64,000 nt of DNA from a virus (lineage: Duplodnaviria > Caudoviricetes), in IMG/VR virus record IMGVR_UViG_3300037478_000646, positions 1-64,000 of that record. One strand, given 5' to 3'. The first letter of the stretch is position 1. Each line of letters opens with the position of its first letter. The notes below the pieces were generated by a model. The model saw nothing but the letters and a program-made list of their open reading frames with translations. It had not been told where the DNA came from and ran no database searches. A program made the translations under genes and the position numbers. Below, one piece after another: positions 18,007-27,137 of this stretch.

Positions 18007-19098
18007 CTAAGAAAAATTCACAACCTCGCCATCCTCACATTCCACCACGAACCGGCTCTTGCTACCGGACTCAGCGCCGCCTCGGCTATCATATTTCCCC
18101 TCGAGAACCTTCTCGAGATTGCGGCCCCGAAACAGCCAGTCCAGATCCACCTGCCAATCACTCGTCTTTCCCGTCAGCCAGCTCGATCGCATGATCCGAT
18201 CAACAGCCTCCCGCCAGCCCTGCAGCCCGCCGCACTCCCTGATGCAAGTGGCAATGCCGCGCCGGCGAACAGATCCAGCCCGCCCCAGAGTCCGCGGAAC
18301 CTGCCGCAGGCCAGCTTCTTCGGCACGACTCCGGTAATAGGCGAACGCGGCATCCTGAACGCGCTTGTCCATATGCTCATTAGGAAGAGGAACATGCAAT
18401 TCGTTTTTCGAATTGTCAACATCGTCCGTTAACCTTTGTTCGTTTTTCGAATTATCCGTTAACCTTTGTTCGTTTTCCGAATTAGCGGCCCTATCCACAA
18501 GAGTCTTCCTTCGGCTGAGTGAAGTTCCTTCCTCACACACGCTTTGCGTGTGGGTCCGGTTTACCTCTTCAAATGATCTCTTCATAGTCTCTTCATAGTC
18601 TCTTCGGTCTGCCAAATTGGCGGACCCCCCCTCTGCCAAATTGGCGGACCCCCCTCTGCCAAATTGGCGGACCCCGGTCTCTGCCAAATTGGCGGACCCA
18701 TCATTTTGACCCTCTGCCAATTTGGCAGACCCATCACCCTCTGCCAATTTGGCAGACCCATCATTTTTTCTTTCCGGCCACAAAAGGACTATCTCTGCTG
18801 CTGCATCAAGAACCTTTGCCCTGAACATCATGGTCTTTCCGTCGCGATGCTCATAGGCGAAGAGCTCTCTGGCTGCAGGAAAATGCCGATCGAACGTGCG
18901 CATAGGCATCCGGCACATCAGCGCAAGACGTTCCCTTGACGGCCAAGCCGTCATCCTGCCCGGCTTCATATGTTCGATGATAGCGAGCGCGATCAGCTTG
19001 ACCGGAACTGGCACGTCCAGCGCCCATATCGTTCGCCGTAGATCGATATAGGATTGCGGGCCAGCAACCTCGTCAGGAAGGACTTTCTTCAGCATCAC
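18007..19098 (-). CDS. Phage replication initiator (N-terminal HTH, central repeats, C-terminal helical domain)
   Basis: AWPSRERLALMCRM HTH; GSA(K/N)LAEG repeats; W.VDLDWLF C-terminal motif. Confidence 0.8.
   Translation of the reverse strand: MMLKKVLPDEVAGPQSYIDLRRTIWALDVPVPVKLIALAIIEHMKPGRMTAWPSRERLALMCRMPMRTFDRHFPAARELFAYEHRDGKTMMFRAKVLDAAAEIVLLWPERKNDGSAKLAEGDGSAKLAEGQNDGSANLAETGVRQFGRGGSANLAEGGSANLADRRDYEETMKRSFEEVNRTHTQSVCEEGTSLSRRKTLVDRAANSENEQRLTDNSKNEQRLTDDVDNSKNELHVPLPNEHMDKRVQDAAFAYYRSRAEEAGLRQVPRTLGRAGSVRRRGIATCIRECGGLQGWREAVDRIMRSSWLTGKTSDWQVDLDWLFRGRNLEKVLEGKYDSRGGAESGSKSRFVVECEDGEVVNFS
18399..18482. repeat. Three AT-rich 15-bp palindromes RTTCG-N5-CGAAT within the initiator gene
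   Basis: 18399-18413, 18438-18452, 18468-18482. Confidence 0.8.
18608..18759. promoter_or_regulatory. Putative replication origin iterons (6 copies)
   Basis: TCTGCCAA(A/T)TTGGC(G/A)GACCC at 18608, 18632, 18655, 18680, 18713 and 18740, inside the initiator gene as for lambda O. Confidence 0.75.
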
Positions 19099-19502
19099 GC
19101 CACCCCCCGCAGGTCATCCACATTCGGCACAGGCATGGCCGAAGAAAATGACGGCGGAGGATCGAAGTCCGAAGGATCCGGCCGGAACAGTCTGGCGATT
19201 CGGCCCGTGTCAATCACAAGCCAGCCACGAATCCGGTAATTTTGCGGGATTTCCACAAGTGATAAATGTGCTTGTGGAGAACAAGCAGGTGAGCTATACA
19301 GTTTCATAGAACGAAATCCTTTGCGGTTTAAAGAGCGCAACCCTTGTAACCCTTTGCGATTCGTTGGACGCCGAATGCAACGAGGATCCGCCACAGATCC
19401 GAATTGCCAGATTTTCTCAAGGCCGCTGCCATACGGCCCCATCAATTACCCAACCAGAAACACGGATTGGCAGGGCTGCAGAGCAGCCCTCCAACCATCT
19501 TC

Positions 19503-20756
19503 TTATGCCGCCTTGGCGGCTTCAGCCTTCAGCCGCAAACCCCACAACGCCGCCTCACTGGTCCGCTTCATGGCGATCTTCAGCCTGCATACGGACTTGC
19601 CCAGCTGGCTGACGTTCACGCCTTCGATCGGCTCAGGCAGGGATTTGCAGAACGCAATATAATCAGCATGCAGAACATGCGCCGCACCGCCATTTCGATC
19701 CACGTCAACCCGATCCATGCGCGACTTGATCCACATGAGTGTAACCTTGTCGATCTCGATATTTCCGATCAGTTTTCTGGGCACGACAGCCAGCTGCAGC
19801 CTATGCACCTTTTCAGGCCGGACCGACTCGAGAATCTGCGGAGCATTAGGTTCCGTCTCTTTTATCGAAATTTCAAGCGGTTCTTCAGATATTTTTTCTG
19901 CTTGTTCTACCGGCTTGATTTCAATGGGAATTACCCGAGCTTGCTGCCGCGTTGCCGCGCCATAGCCCTGGCAGAACGACCAGAAACCGAATGTCGCCAC
20001 GGCCTCGATCATCAGCGCGAAGAAAACCCCATAGCCGGTCGAGATCGTGCGCTTTTCATAACCGGTGGCATAGGCGAGCATTTCATCGCGCGGACTCTCC
20101 GATGATACTTTCGGCGTGTCCCGCAGCTCATTGCGCTTCGCTGCCAGACTTTCGTCGAGCTTGACGATCTCAGCAGCGTTCGCCTCTTCCACCTTGAGCG
20201 CGCGCCAGGTGCGGCAATGCTGGATCGAATCGGTCAGCGTAGCGTTTCGGCACTGCTCCGTCTGTCCGAACAGATAATGCTGCTCCATACCGATCCGATC
20301 GGCCTCGACCGCGGCGAGCGGCCTGGCTTCCGGAATCCATTTCCGACGCTCTTCAAGCCGGCTGATTTCATCTGTCAGCTTCTCCCAGGTAAGCACATCC
20401 TTGCCGCGCAGATCCGTCGCCGCACTGTTGCTGATGGCCGCGAAACCGAGCGCAGAGCTCAGAGACCAGATGACGCTGACGCCCAGCGCGATCACGAGCG
20501 CCAGACTTGCCCGGCGCATTCCCGCCTGCCATGCGGCAACGAGCGCGAACGGCGTGCACGTCTTCAGGATATCGAACGCGATCGACGCGGACGAATAGAC
20601 CTGTGCCGTTGAGATCTGGAAAAAGAATAAGCTGAACGCGTCATCCGTCCCGAGCGAGAGCCCGAAACGTATATTTGCCGTTGCCGAAACGCCCCATGCA
20701 ACCGCGGCAGCCAGCATGGCCGGCATGAACCACAGCCCGTGCCAAACATATCGCAT
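19503..20756 (-). CDS. Multi-TM, coiled-coil protein with C-terminal putative DNA-binding domain
   Basis: Same architecture as 12424..13455. Confidence 0.65.
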   Translation of the reverse strand: MRYVWHGLWFMPAMLAAAVAWGVSATANIRFGLSLGTDDAFSLFFFQISTAQVYSSASIAFDILKTCTPFALVAAWQAGMRRASLALVIALGVSVIWSLSSALGFAAISNSAATDLRGKDVLTWEKLTDEISRLEERRKWIPEARPLAAVEADRIGMEQHYLFGQTEQCRNATLTDSIQHCRTWRALKVEEANAAEIVKLDESLAAKRNELRDTPKVSSESPRDEMLAYATGYEKRTISTGYGVFFALMIEAVATFGFWSFCQGYGAATRQQARVIPIEIKPVEQAEKISEEPLEISIKETEPNAPQILESVRPEKVHRLQLAVVPRKLIGNIEIDKVTLMWIKSRMDRVDVDRNGGAAHVLHADYIAFCKSLPEPIEGVNVSQLGKSVCRLKIAMKRTSEAALWGLRLKAEAAKAA

Positions 20757-20863
20757 TTACAATCCCCGAGTTCTTCTGTACTTTTTGCATTGCGATGAGG
20801 ATCTGCGATATTCCGCCCGGCCGCTGCCAGCAGCCGGGCATTATTTTTACCGAATGATCAGGC

Positions 20864-21529
20864 TTATTGTCGCCAATTCAGTCGAACCATTCCGCGAAAC
20901 GCTTCAGAGTCGTCGAGAAAAGGAGTCAGGTTAACGCTGGATCCATCGACATCAACGTTGTCCAGCCACAGATAGTCTAGGCCGACGCCCAGCGATGCGT
21001 TGGCGCCGATCATGTAATCGATGCCGCCGCCGAACACCAGCGAATCCGCGTCGACGTCAACGCTGCTAGATCCATTGCTGGCTTCCCAGAATGCTCGTTC
21101 ATACCCGACACGGCCAAAGATCAGCGCCCGGTCAAGAGCAACACCAGCCTTGAGCCCGCCATTGACATAATAATTCTGTTTCAGGACATCAAATTTCGTT
21201 CCGCCGACACCGATCTCGGTATTCACATTGCTCCAGCCGCCCTCGACATAAGGACCGAACCGAATTGCACCGGATGAGAACAGATATTCGCCATTAATGC
21301 CGCCGATCACACCGTCAGAACTAATGCCGTCGAAACTGAACGCCGGACTGGCATCGATATCGATCGCAGAGAACTGGCCACCGGCCTGAACGCCGACAGA
21401 CAGCCCCTGAAAATAACCATGTCCAGGCACATCAGCCGTCTGCTCAAGCCGCTTGTCGTAAACATCCGCACCAAATGCCGACGCGATCATCGTGATCGCG
21501 AACATTGCTGCTGTCAGAATTCGTTTCAT
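20864..21529 (-). CDS. Outer-membrane beta-barrel protein (Omp25/RopB-like)
   Basis: Signal peptide ending A-D; alternating beta strands GLSVGVQAGG, FGGGIDY, VGLDYL; aromatic near the C-terminus. Confidence 0.8.
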   Translation of the reverse strand: MKRILTAAMFAITMIASAFGADVYDKRLEQTADVPGHGYFQGLSVGVQAGGQFSAIDIDASPAFSFDGISSDGVIGGINGEYLFSSGAIRFGPYVEGGWSNVNTEIGVGGTKFDVLKQNYYVNGGLKAGVALDRALIFGRVGYERAFWEASNGSSSVDVDADSLVFGGGIDYMIGANASLGVGLDYLWLDNVDVDGSSVNLTPFLDDSEAFRGMVRLNWRQ

Positions 21530-21593
21530 GTTAGTCCCTCATTCCGTTACGGGCTTGCCTTCATGACACCATCGCCCCCATTGGTGCCGGCCT

Positions 21594-21962
21594 TTATGCG
21601 GCGCCTGGCGGATGCGCCTCTCTGTGATGATACTCACAGTAAGGCGCACCAGTCTTCCGCTTGGCGCCGCAAAAACGAAACGGCGAGCCGAGTGTGACAG
21701 GCCATTTGCATGCCCGCCTGTTATCGGCCATCTCTTCGAATGAAATCCCCTTGCCGAATTCCGGCTCCGGCATCCTGACCTGTTCGAATCGCGGTCGCGG
21801 CGATCGCAATCTGGGCGGCAGATCCAGCCGCTTGCGATACCCCGTGATGGCTGATTTGGTCTTGCCGAAGATTGCGCCGATATCCTTCGCGCGCATGCCG
21901 CTTTCCCACAATTCGCGAAAGCGTTCTTCAGAAAATGGCTCCTGCTCGATAGTCTCGGACAT
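21594..21962 (-). CDS. gcrA: GcrA-like cell-cycle/transcription regulator
   Basis: LWESGMRAKDIGAIFG.TKSAITG HTH plus CKWP...FRFCG...PYCEYH. Confidence 0.8.
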   Translation of the reverse strand: MSETIEQEPFSEERFRELWESGMRAKDIGAIFGKTKSAITGYRKRLDLPPRLRSPRPRFEQVRMPEPEFGKGISFEEMADNRRACKWPVTLGSPFRFCGAKRKTGAPYCEYHHREAHPPGAA

Positions 21963-22032
21963 AACGCCTCGTGAATGAATTGATCCTGCAGGCACATGCC
22001 CGCTTCAACGCAACAGAGACGCAGTACAATAC

Positions 22033-22365
22033 TCAGGATACGACCGGCAAACGCGGATACAGATCCCTCTGCTCCAGTTTAATGCCCAGATCGGCCGCGA
22101 TACGCAACAGCTCCGGATGCCGACGAGCAGGAATCAGCCCGCCCGTTCCCGGTGTTCGCCCGCCATCGGCGCTATCGGCAGAATACATCCAGCGCAGGAT
22201 GCGCGATGGACTGCAGCCCATCCGTTCGGCAAGGACATATTCACCGTTGACCCAGCGCTTCTTATCCGGATCATAGCGCTTGAACTTGTTGACGACACTT
22301 TTTGCCGGATCCAGGCGCTCGCGCCGCGAACGCCGTTGCCGCTCAAACTCGGTACAATCAGACAT
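22033..22365 (-). CDS. Cro-like repressor
   Basis: LAERMGCSPSRILRW...GTGGLIPARRHPELLRIAADLGIKL, typical of alphaproteobacterial phage Cro. Confidence 0.75.
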   Translation of the reverse strand: MSDCTEFERQRRSRRERLDPAKSVVNKFKRYDPDKKRWVNGEYVLAERMGCSPSRILRWMYSADSADGGRTPGTGGLIPARRHPELLRIAADLGIKLEQRDLYPRLPVVS

Positions 22366-22376
22366 GATCTTTATCT

Positions 22377-22464
22377 ATTCGCAATTCGAATTTCTCACAA
22401 GGGGGCATTCTGCCTATCTATGTGGCCAAATTATCACGAGTTAGGTTTAATTCGCAAAACGAAT
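22377..22464. promoter_or_regulatory. Two 15-bp operators ATTCG-N5-CGAAT in the divergent control region
   Basis: ATTCGCAATTCGAAT 22377-22391 and ATTCGCAAAACGAAT 22450-22464. Confidence 0.7.
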
Positions 22465-22609
22465 TTTTGCACTTGTCAGCAAAATTCGAATCTGGAATAA
22501 AGACCGTCCAAGCAATGCGTACCGGGACGGCAGCCCCATCGCTGGTATTTTTCATGAGGCGCCGTTCCGGAATCAAACGACGGGTAAGGACTTGTCGCGG
22601 GCCGGAACC

Positions 22610-23029
22610 ATGAATGCAGCGCCGATCAGGAAAATGACTTTCCATGCACTGCCGCGCTCGGAAGCGCAGAAGCGGCAGCGGCAGATCGTTCGCAGCGTTT
22701 CGATGGATACAATATATCGCGTCCAGTATCGGAGCATTCACGGCGATATCATTCATTTCATCATCTTCACCGTTACGGCCTGCTTTCTGGCGGCACTATT
22801 TTTCCTGATCTGCCTTCTGAGTGTGCTCGGCTATCTCAGCCGAGCACAAAGCGCCCTTGTATATGCCGGCGCGATTTCCGGCATTCTCGCGGCCATGATC
22901 ATGGCCGCGATCATCACGGCAGGATTTAACATGATGCGCCGCCTCGATCCGGCCTTGCAGTGCTGGGCAAAGGAAAAGGCATTTCGCGAAAAAATGCCGT
23001 GGGCACTTTCAGAACAGGAGAAAAGATGA
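22610..23029 (+). CDS. Two-TM membrane protein
   Basis: Two long hydrophobic segments. Confidence 0.5.
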   Translation: MNAAPIRKMTFHALPRSEAQKRQRQIVRSVSMDTIYRVQYRSIHGDIIHFIIFTVTACFLAALFFLICLLSVLGYLSRAQSALVYAGAISGILAAMIMAAIITAGFNMMRRLDPALQCWAKEKAFREKMPWALSEQEKR

Positions 23030-23244
23030 AGCCGCCAACCTATGAATTCGATGTCACTGTGACTGTGCGCCGACGCGTGCATGTTTCTGGACCGACGAAT
23101 AAGGAAACTGCTCGCGGCGTTCTCAAATCGGCAATTCAAGGGATTGGCCTCGGCCCGTTCAACAAATACGGCAACGACCGGCACCCCATCGAAACTCTTT
23201 TGAGCAATGATTTCGAACTTGTTGATGTTGGAGAAGAATCATGA
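23026..23244 (+). CDS. Small hypothetical protein
   Basis: AGGAG RBS; ATGA overlaps on both sides. Confidence 0.55.
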   Translation: MKPPTYEFDVTVTVRRRVHVSGPTNKETARGVLKSAIQGIGLGPFNKYGNDRHPIETLLSNDFELVDVGEES

Positions 23245-23822
23245 AGCCGCCAAACGGATCATTTGCGCACGTCGTCACGCAAGAGGCCGAACACGTCCGG
23301 CGCCTGTTCGCCGAGCTGAAAGCGCTGCTTGCTGAGAATGAAGACGACGAGCAGCTGCAGAGCGATCTTGTCGAGAGCGAGACAGGTCTTGTCGAAGCCG
23401 TCGATCAGGTGCTGCTCAAGCTGGGCGCAGATCTCATGGCAATGCAGGCGATAGACATGCACATCGACGGCCTGAAAGATCGCAAAAGCCGGATCGAGCA
23501 GCGCACCGACAAGATCAAGAGGCTGCTGGAAAGCACGTACAAGGCAACCGGCATGACCAAGCCGCTGCATTGCCCGCTGGCGACCGTCAGTCTGCGCGCG
23601 CAGCAGGACGAGATCGAGATCATGGACGAAGCCGGAATTCCGGCTGTGCTCTGGAGGCAACCACCACCGCCAGAAAAGAAGATCGACAAGGTTGAACTCA
23701 GAAAAGCGCTTGAACTGGAGCGCACTTTGCTCGAGACTGATCAAGTTCTTACATTGGAACAGGCCATTCCAGGAGCCCGTCTCATAGCACGAGACAAAGC
23801 ACTTTCATTGCGCTGGAAGTGA
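23241..23822 (+). CDS. Siphovirus Gp157-like protein
   Basis: Coiled coil, LATVSLR, IMDEAGIPAVLWR...KIDKVELRKAL...IPGA. Confidence 0.75.
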   Translation: MKPPNGSFAHVVTQEAEHVRRLFAELKALLAENEDDEQLQSDLVESETGLVEAVDQVLLKLGADLMAMQAIDMHIDGLKDRKSRIEQRTDKIKRLLESTYKATGMTKPLHCPLATVSLRAQQDEIEIMDEAGIPAVLWRQPPPPEKKIDKVELRKALELERTLLETDQVLTLEQAIPGARLIARDKALSLRWK

Positions 23823-23882
23823 GAAGACTGCAACTGCACTTGATCTGCAACTGAAACTGCAACCGAACGGAGATGAAACGAG

Positions 23883-24413
23883 ATGACGTCGATCAATTCA
23901 CTGTTCCCGGCCAATTATCTGAAGGCCGATGACTTTCCGCAGCCGCGCGTGCTGACCATTAATCGCCTCGAAATGCAGGAGATCAATGATAATGGCAGTA
24001 AGTCGAGCAAGCCGATCCTGATTTTCAATGAAATGGGCGATAAAGGACTTGTTTTGAACAAGACCAACGCTGCCAGGATCTCAGAATTTCTTGGCGAAAA
24101 CGTTGAAGCATGGCCGCGCATGGCGGTCGAGCTCTATCAGGAAATGGTGGATTTCCAGGGCAAGCGTGTGCCCGCGGTGCGCGTGCGTCGGCCGCAGATG
24201 CCCCAGCAGCAGGCTTACCAGCCGCCGCAGGGCGGTTATCAGCAGCCGCCGCAGCAGGGCTACCAGCAGCCCGCTCCGGCTCAGTACTACAATGGGCAGG
24301 GCCAAGCCGCGCCGCCACCGCAACAGCAATATCCGCAGCAGGGACAGCAGCCGAAACAACCTGCTCCGGGACAGCCATTGGATGACAAAATCCCTTTTGA
24401 CTTAGCCGTCTAG
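23883..24413 (+). CDS. Phage single-stranded-DNA-binding-like protein
   Basis: YLKADD...LVLNKTNA...W core, Gln/Pro linker and SSB-type tail DDKIPF. Confidence 0.7.
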   Translation: MTSINSLFPANYLKADDFPQPRVLTINRLEMQEINDNGSKSSKPILIFNEMGDKGLVLNKTNAARISEFLGENVEAWPRMAVELYQEMVDFQGKRVPAVRVRRPQMPQQQAYQPPQGGYQQPPQQGYQQPAPAQYYNGQGQAAPPPQQQYPQQGQQPKQPAPGQPLDDKIPFDLAV

Positions 24414-24431
24414 TCTGCTAGACTGGACGGC

Positions 24432-24905
24432 ATGGATCAGAAGTATTGTAGAGAGTGTAAACTGCTCAAGTCGCTTGATCAGTTTTATAAACACAAGATG
24501 ATGGCCGATGGTCATCTGAATAAATGCAAGGATTGCGTCAAGTTAAGGGTTAAAGCCCACAGAGAAAAAAACATTGACGCAATCCGAGCTTATGATCGTG
24601 AACGTGCAAAAGAGCCAAAGCGAAGGGCTAATGCAGCAGAAGTTGGCAAAAGGTGGATAAAAAATAATCCCAATAAACCGAGGGAGTATCGCCTTAAGCA
24701 TGTTGAAAAATATAGAGCCAGAAGTGCTGTATCAAATGCTATCCGTGATGGAAGACTTATACGAGAACCTTGTGGAATTTGCGGATCGAACAAGCGTGTT
24801 CATGGACATCATGAAGATTACTCGAAACCGTTAATGGTTAAATGGCGATGTCCTAAATGTCACGCAAAAGAACATGAAGAAGATTTCATGAGGAGACGGA
24901 AATAA
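24432..24905 (+). CDS. Zinc-binding HNH-like endonuclease
   Basis: CRECK...CKDC, PCGICG, HGHHEDYSKPL.VKWRCPKCH; AT-richer than flanks. Confidence 0.7.
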   Translation: MDQKYCRECKLLKSLDQFYKHKMMADGHLNKCKDCVKLRVKAHREKNIDAIRAYDRERAKEPKRRANAAEVGKRWIKNNPNKPREYRLKHVEKYRARSAVSNAIRDGRLIREPCGICGSNKRVHGHHEDYSKPLMVKWRCPKCHAKEHEEDFMRRRK

Positions 24906-24908
24906 GAA

Positions 24909-25436
24909 ATGCCGCAGGCGGACCATAGCGGGGATGGCGAAGCGGCCGAGAGTGCGGACGTTGATGAGCGTCCGCCTCTCACTCACTGCCCAATCTGCGA
25001 CGCCCCGCTGAACATGAAGGAAACGGACCGCAGCTGGCAACAGCTCAAGCGGTATCATGCCGAGGTGCGCGCGTGGTTCAATTACTGGCCGGACAAGGAT
25101 CGATGGCATTTCCACGATCTGACGAACTTCCGCAAGCGGCTGCAAATGGCGGCCGGACACCGGAAACTTTCCTCGCGGATACCGATTGCGAATCCCGAGA
25201 CCGGCGAGATTCTGGATGCCGAGTTTCTGACGGTCATGCTCAGGGCAGCCTTTGGCGCGGCCGGCGCGCACGCCCAGGCGGAACCGAATGGGGATTACAT
25301 TGACATATATGTCCCCAAATCCGTTGCGTTGCACCGCATGAGCTCGGTCAAGTTCAGCCTGATGTACGACCGGTGCCGGGAGATTTTTGAACAGGAAACC
25401 GGGCTTAAGGCTGATCAGGTTTTCAAGGAAGATTAA
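24909..25436 (+). CDS. Phage hypothetical protein (NinB-position)
   Basis: CPIC then RSWQQLKRYHA. Confidence 0.55.
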   Translation: MPQADHSGDGEAAESADVDERPPLTHCPICDAPLNMKETDRSWQQLKRYHAEVRAWFNYWPDKDRWHFHDLTNFRKRLQMAAGHRKLSSRIPIANPETGEILDAEFLTVMLRAAFGAAGAHAQAEPNGDYIDIYVPKSVALHRMSSVKFSLMYDRCREIFEQETGLKADQVFKED

Positions 25437-25450
25437 CAGAGGGCAAATCA

Positions 25451-25816
25451 GTGGGGAAAAGCAACAACGTCAACCGTCTCGTTGGAGATCTAATCAGGCT
25501 GCACCGCGTCACGCGCAACTGGAGCCATGTCGATCTTGCGAAGCATTGCGGCCTGTCCGTAACCGTTATCGATCAGATTGAAGGCGCGGACCCGGCTGCG
25601 ACGCTTGCGGACATCGAGATCGTTGCAAATGCGTTCGGCATTCCGCTTGCCAATCTTGTCCAGGGCGGCGCCGGTTGCCGGGAGTGCGGCGAGCCGATCG
25701 AGATTACGCAGCGCAGCGCGCTGTGCTCTTCCTGCCAGGCCAGGGCGAGGATAGCGCTGCGCAGGTTTGTGCTTGGACTTGAAGAAGCGACCACATCAGA
25801 GGGAGCAGTCAGTTGA
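25451..25816 (+). CDS. XRE-family HTH protein with C-terminal Cys motif
   Basis: WSHVDLAKHCGLSVTVIDQIEG; CRECG...CSSC. Confidence 0.7.
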   Translation: MGKSNNVNRLVGDLIRLHRVTRNWSHVDLAKHCGLSVTVIDQIEGADPAATLADIEIVANAFGIPLANLVQGGAGCRECGEPIEITQRSALCSSCQARARIALRRFVLGLEEATTSEGAVS

Positions 25817-26754
25817 AAGCAAAAACAATCAAACAGGTGATCCGCAAAAAGATCGATGCCTGGCTGGAAACCATTGATGATGAAGATCTGCGCAAACAGG
25901 TTTCGGAAAATATCATCATTACCGGCGGATGCATCGCGTCCATGTTGCTCAATGAGCCGGTCAACGATTTCGATATCTATTTCCGTAATCACGATACGAC
26001 GCGTAAGGTTGCAGATTATTATGTTAAACGATTTCAGCCGAAGTCTCGCAAGGGCATTCCATGCAAGATCTATGTCGATGATCAGGACGGACGAGTTCGG
26101 ATCATCATTAAATCTGCTGGCATAGCAAGCGAAGACGGAGCCGAAAAAGACTATAAATATTTTGAATCACAGCCCGAAGGTGAGGCTACGGAATACGTCA
26201 ATGAGGTGATGCGCGATCCTGCTGACATCGAAGATGTGCATGAGGAAACCGAACAGGCTGCGCTCGAAACGGAAGACGACGGTAAGCCACAGTTCCGCCC
26301 GGTCTTCATGTCCACGAACGCCATTACGCTCAGCCACCGCATTCAGATCGTGTTGCGTTTTTATGGTGAGCCGGATGTGATCCATGAAAACTACGACTTT
26401 GCACATTGCACGAGTTATTGGTCGAGCTGGGACAGCAATCTTGTACTTCGACTCGAAGCCCTAGAAGCTTTACTTACCAAGGAACTACGTTATATCGGCA
26501 GCAAATACCCGATCTGCTCGCTGATTCGACTTCGCAAGTTCATCAAGCGCGGCTTCACGATCAACGCTGGGCAGGTTTTGAAAATGGCCATGCAAGTCAG
26601 TGAACTTGATCTGACAGATCCGAACGTTCTCGAAGATCAGCTTACTGGTGTCGACGTTGCCTATTTCAGAGAAGTGATTGAAAGGGTGCGCGAGAAAGAC
26701 CCGAACAAGGTCAATTCGGCTTATCTCGTTGAGATCATAAATAGGATGTTCTGA
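25813..26754 (+). CDS. Nucleotidyltransferase-fold phage protein
   Basis: IITGGCIASMLLNEPVNDFDIYF (GG..S/DxD motif), FDF-like NYDFAHCT, SLIRLRKFIKRGF. Confidence 0.7.
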   Translation: MKAKTIKQVIRKKIDAWLETIDDEDLRKQVSENIIITGGCIASMLLNEPVNDFDIYFRNHDTTRKVADYYVKRFQPKSRKGIPCKIYVDDQDGRVRIIIKSAGIASEDGAEKDYKYFESQPEGEATEYVNEVMRDPADIEDVHEETEQAALETEDDGKPQFRPVFMSTNAITLSHRIQIVLRFYGEPDVIHENYDFAHCTSYWSSWDSNLVLRLEALEALLTKELRYIGSKYPICSLIRLRKFIKRGFTINAGQVLKMAMQVSELDLTDPNVLEDQLTGVDVAYFREVIERVREKDPNKVNSAYLVEIINRMF

Positions 26755-26782
26755 TAGAAGATCAGCCCAGAAAGGATATTCA

Positions 26783-27112
26783 ATGTCCCGTCCCATTACC
26801 GACATCATGCGCGATATTGCCCGCGGGCATTTCGTCGAGCAGGCAACTGAGGAACTGCAGAAGATCGTTCTGGCCGTTCTGGAAGAGAACAAGACCGGCA
26901 CGCTGACACTGAAGATCAAGGTCAGCAAGAATGATGAAAACCAGGTTTTCTACGATGCCGAGATCGACGGCAAGATGCCGAAGCAGACACTGGCGCGCAC
27001 CATGTTCTTCGTCGACAGCGAGGGTAATTCCGTGCGCCGCGATCCCCGGCAGACGGATATGTTCACGAAGAAGGCCGAGGATCAGGCTGAAGACGAGACT
27101 GTAACTGCATAA
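26783..27112 (+). CDS. Phage protein, partner of DUF2303
   Basis: KTGTLTLKIKV...TMFFVDSEGNSVRRDPRQTDM; usual upstream neighbour of YfdQ-like genes. Confidence 0.65.
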   Translation: MSRPITDIMRDIARGHFVEQATEELQKIVLAVLEENKTGTLTLKIKVSKNDENQVFYDAEIDGKMPKQTLARTMFFVDSEGNSVRRDPRQTDMFTKKAEDQAEDETVTA

Positions 27113-27137
27113 TTCAATTATTCAGAGGGAAACGATC

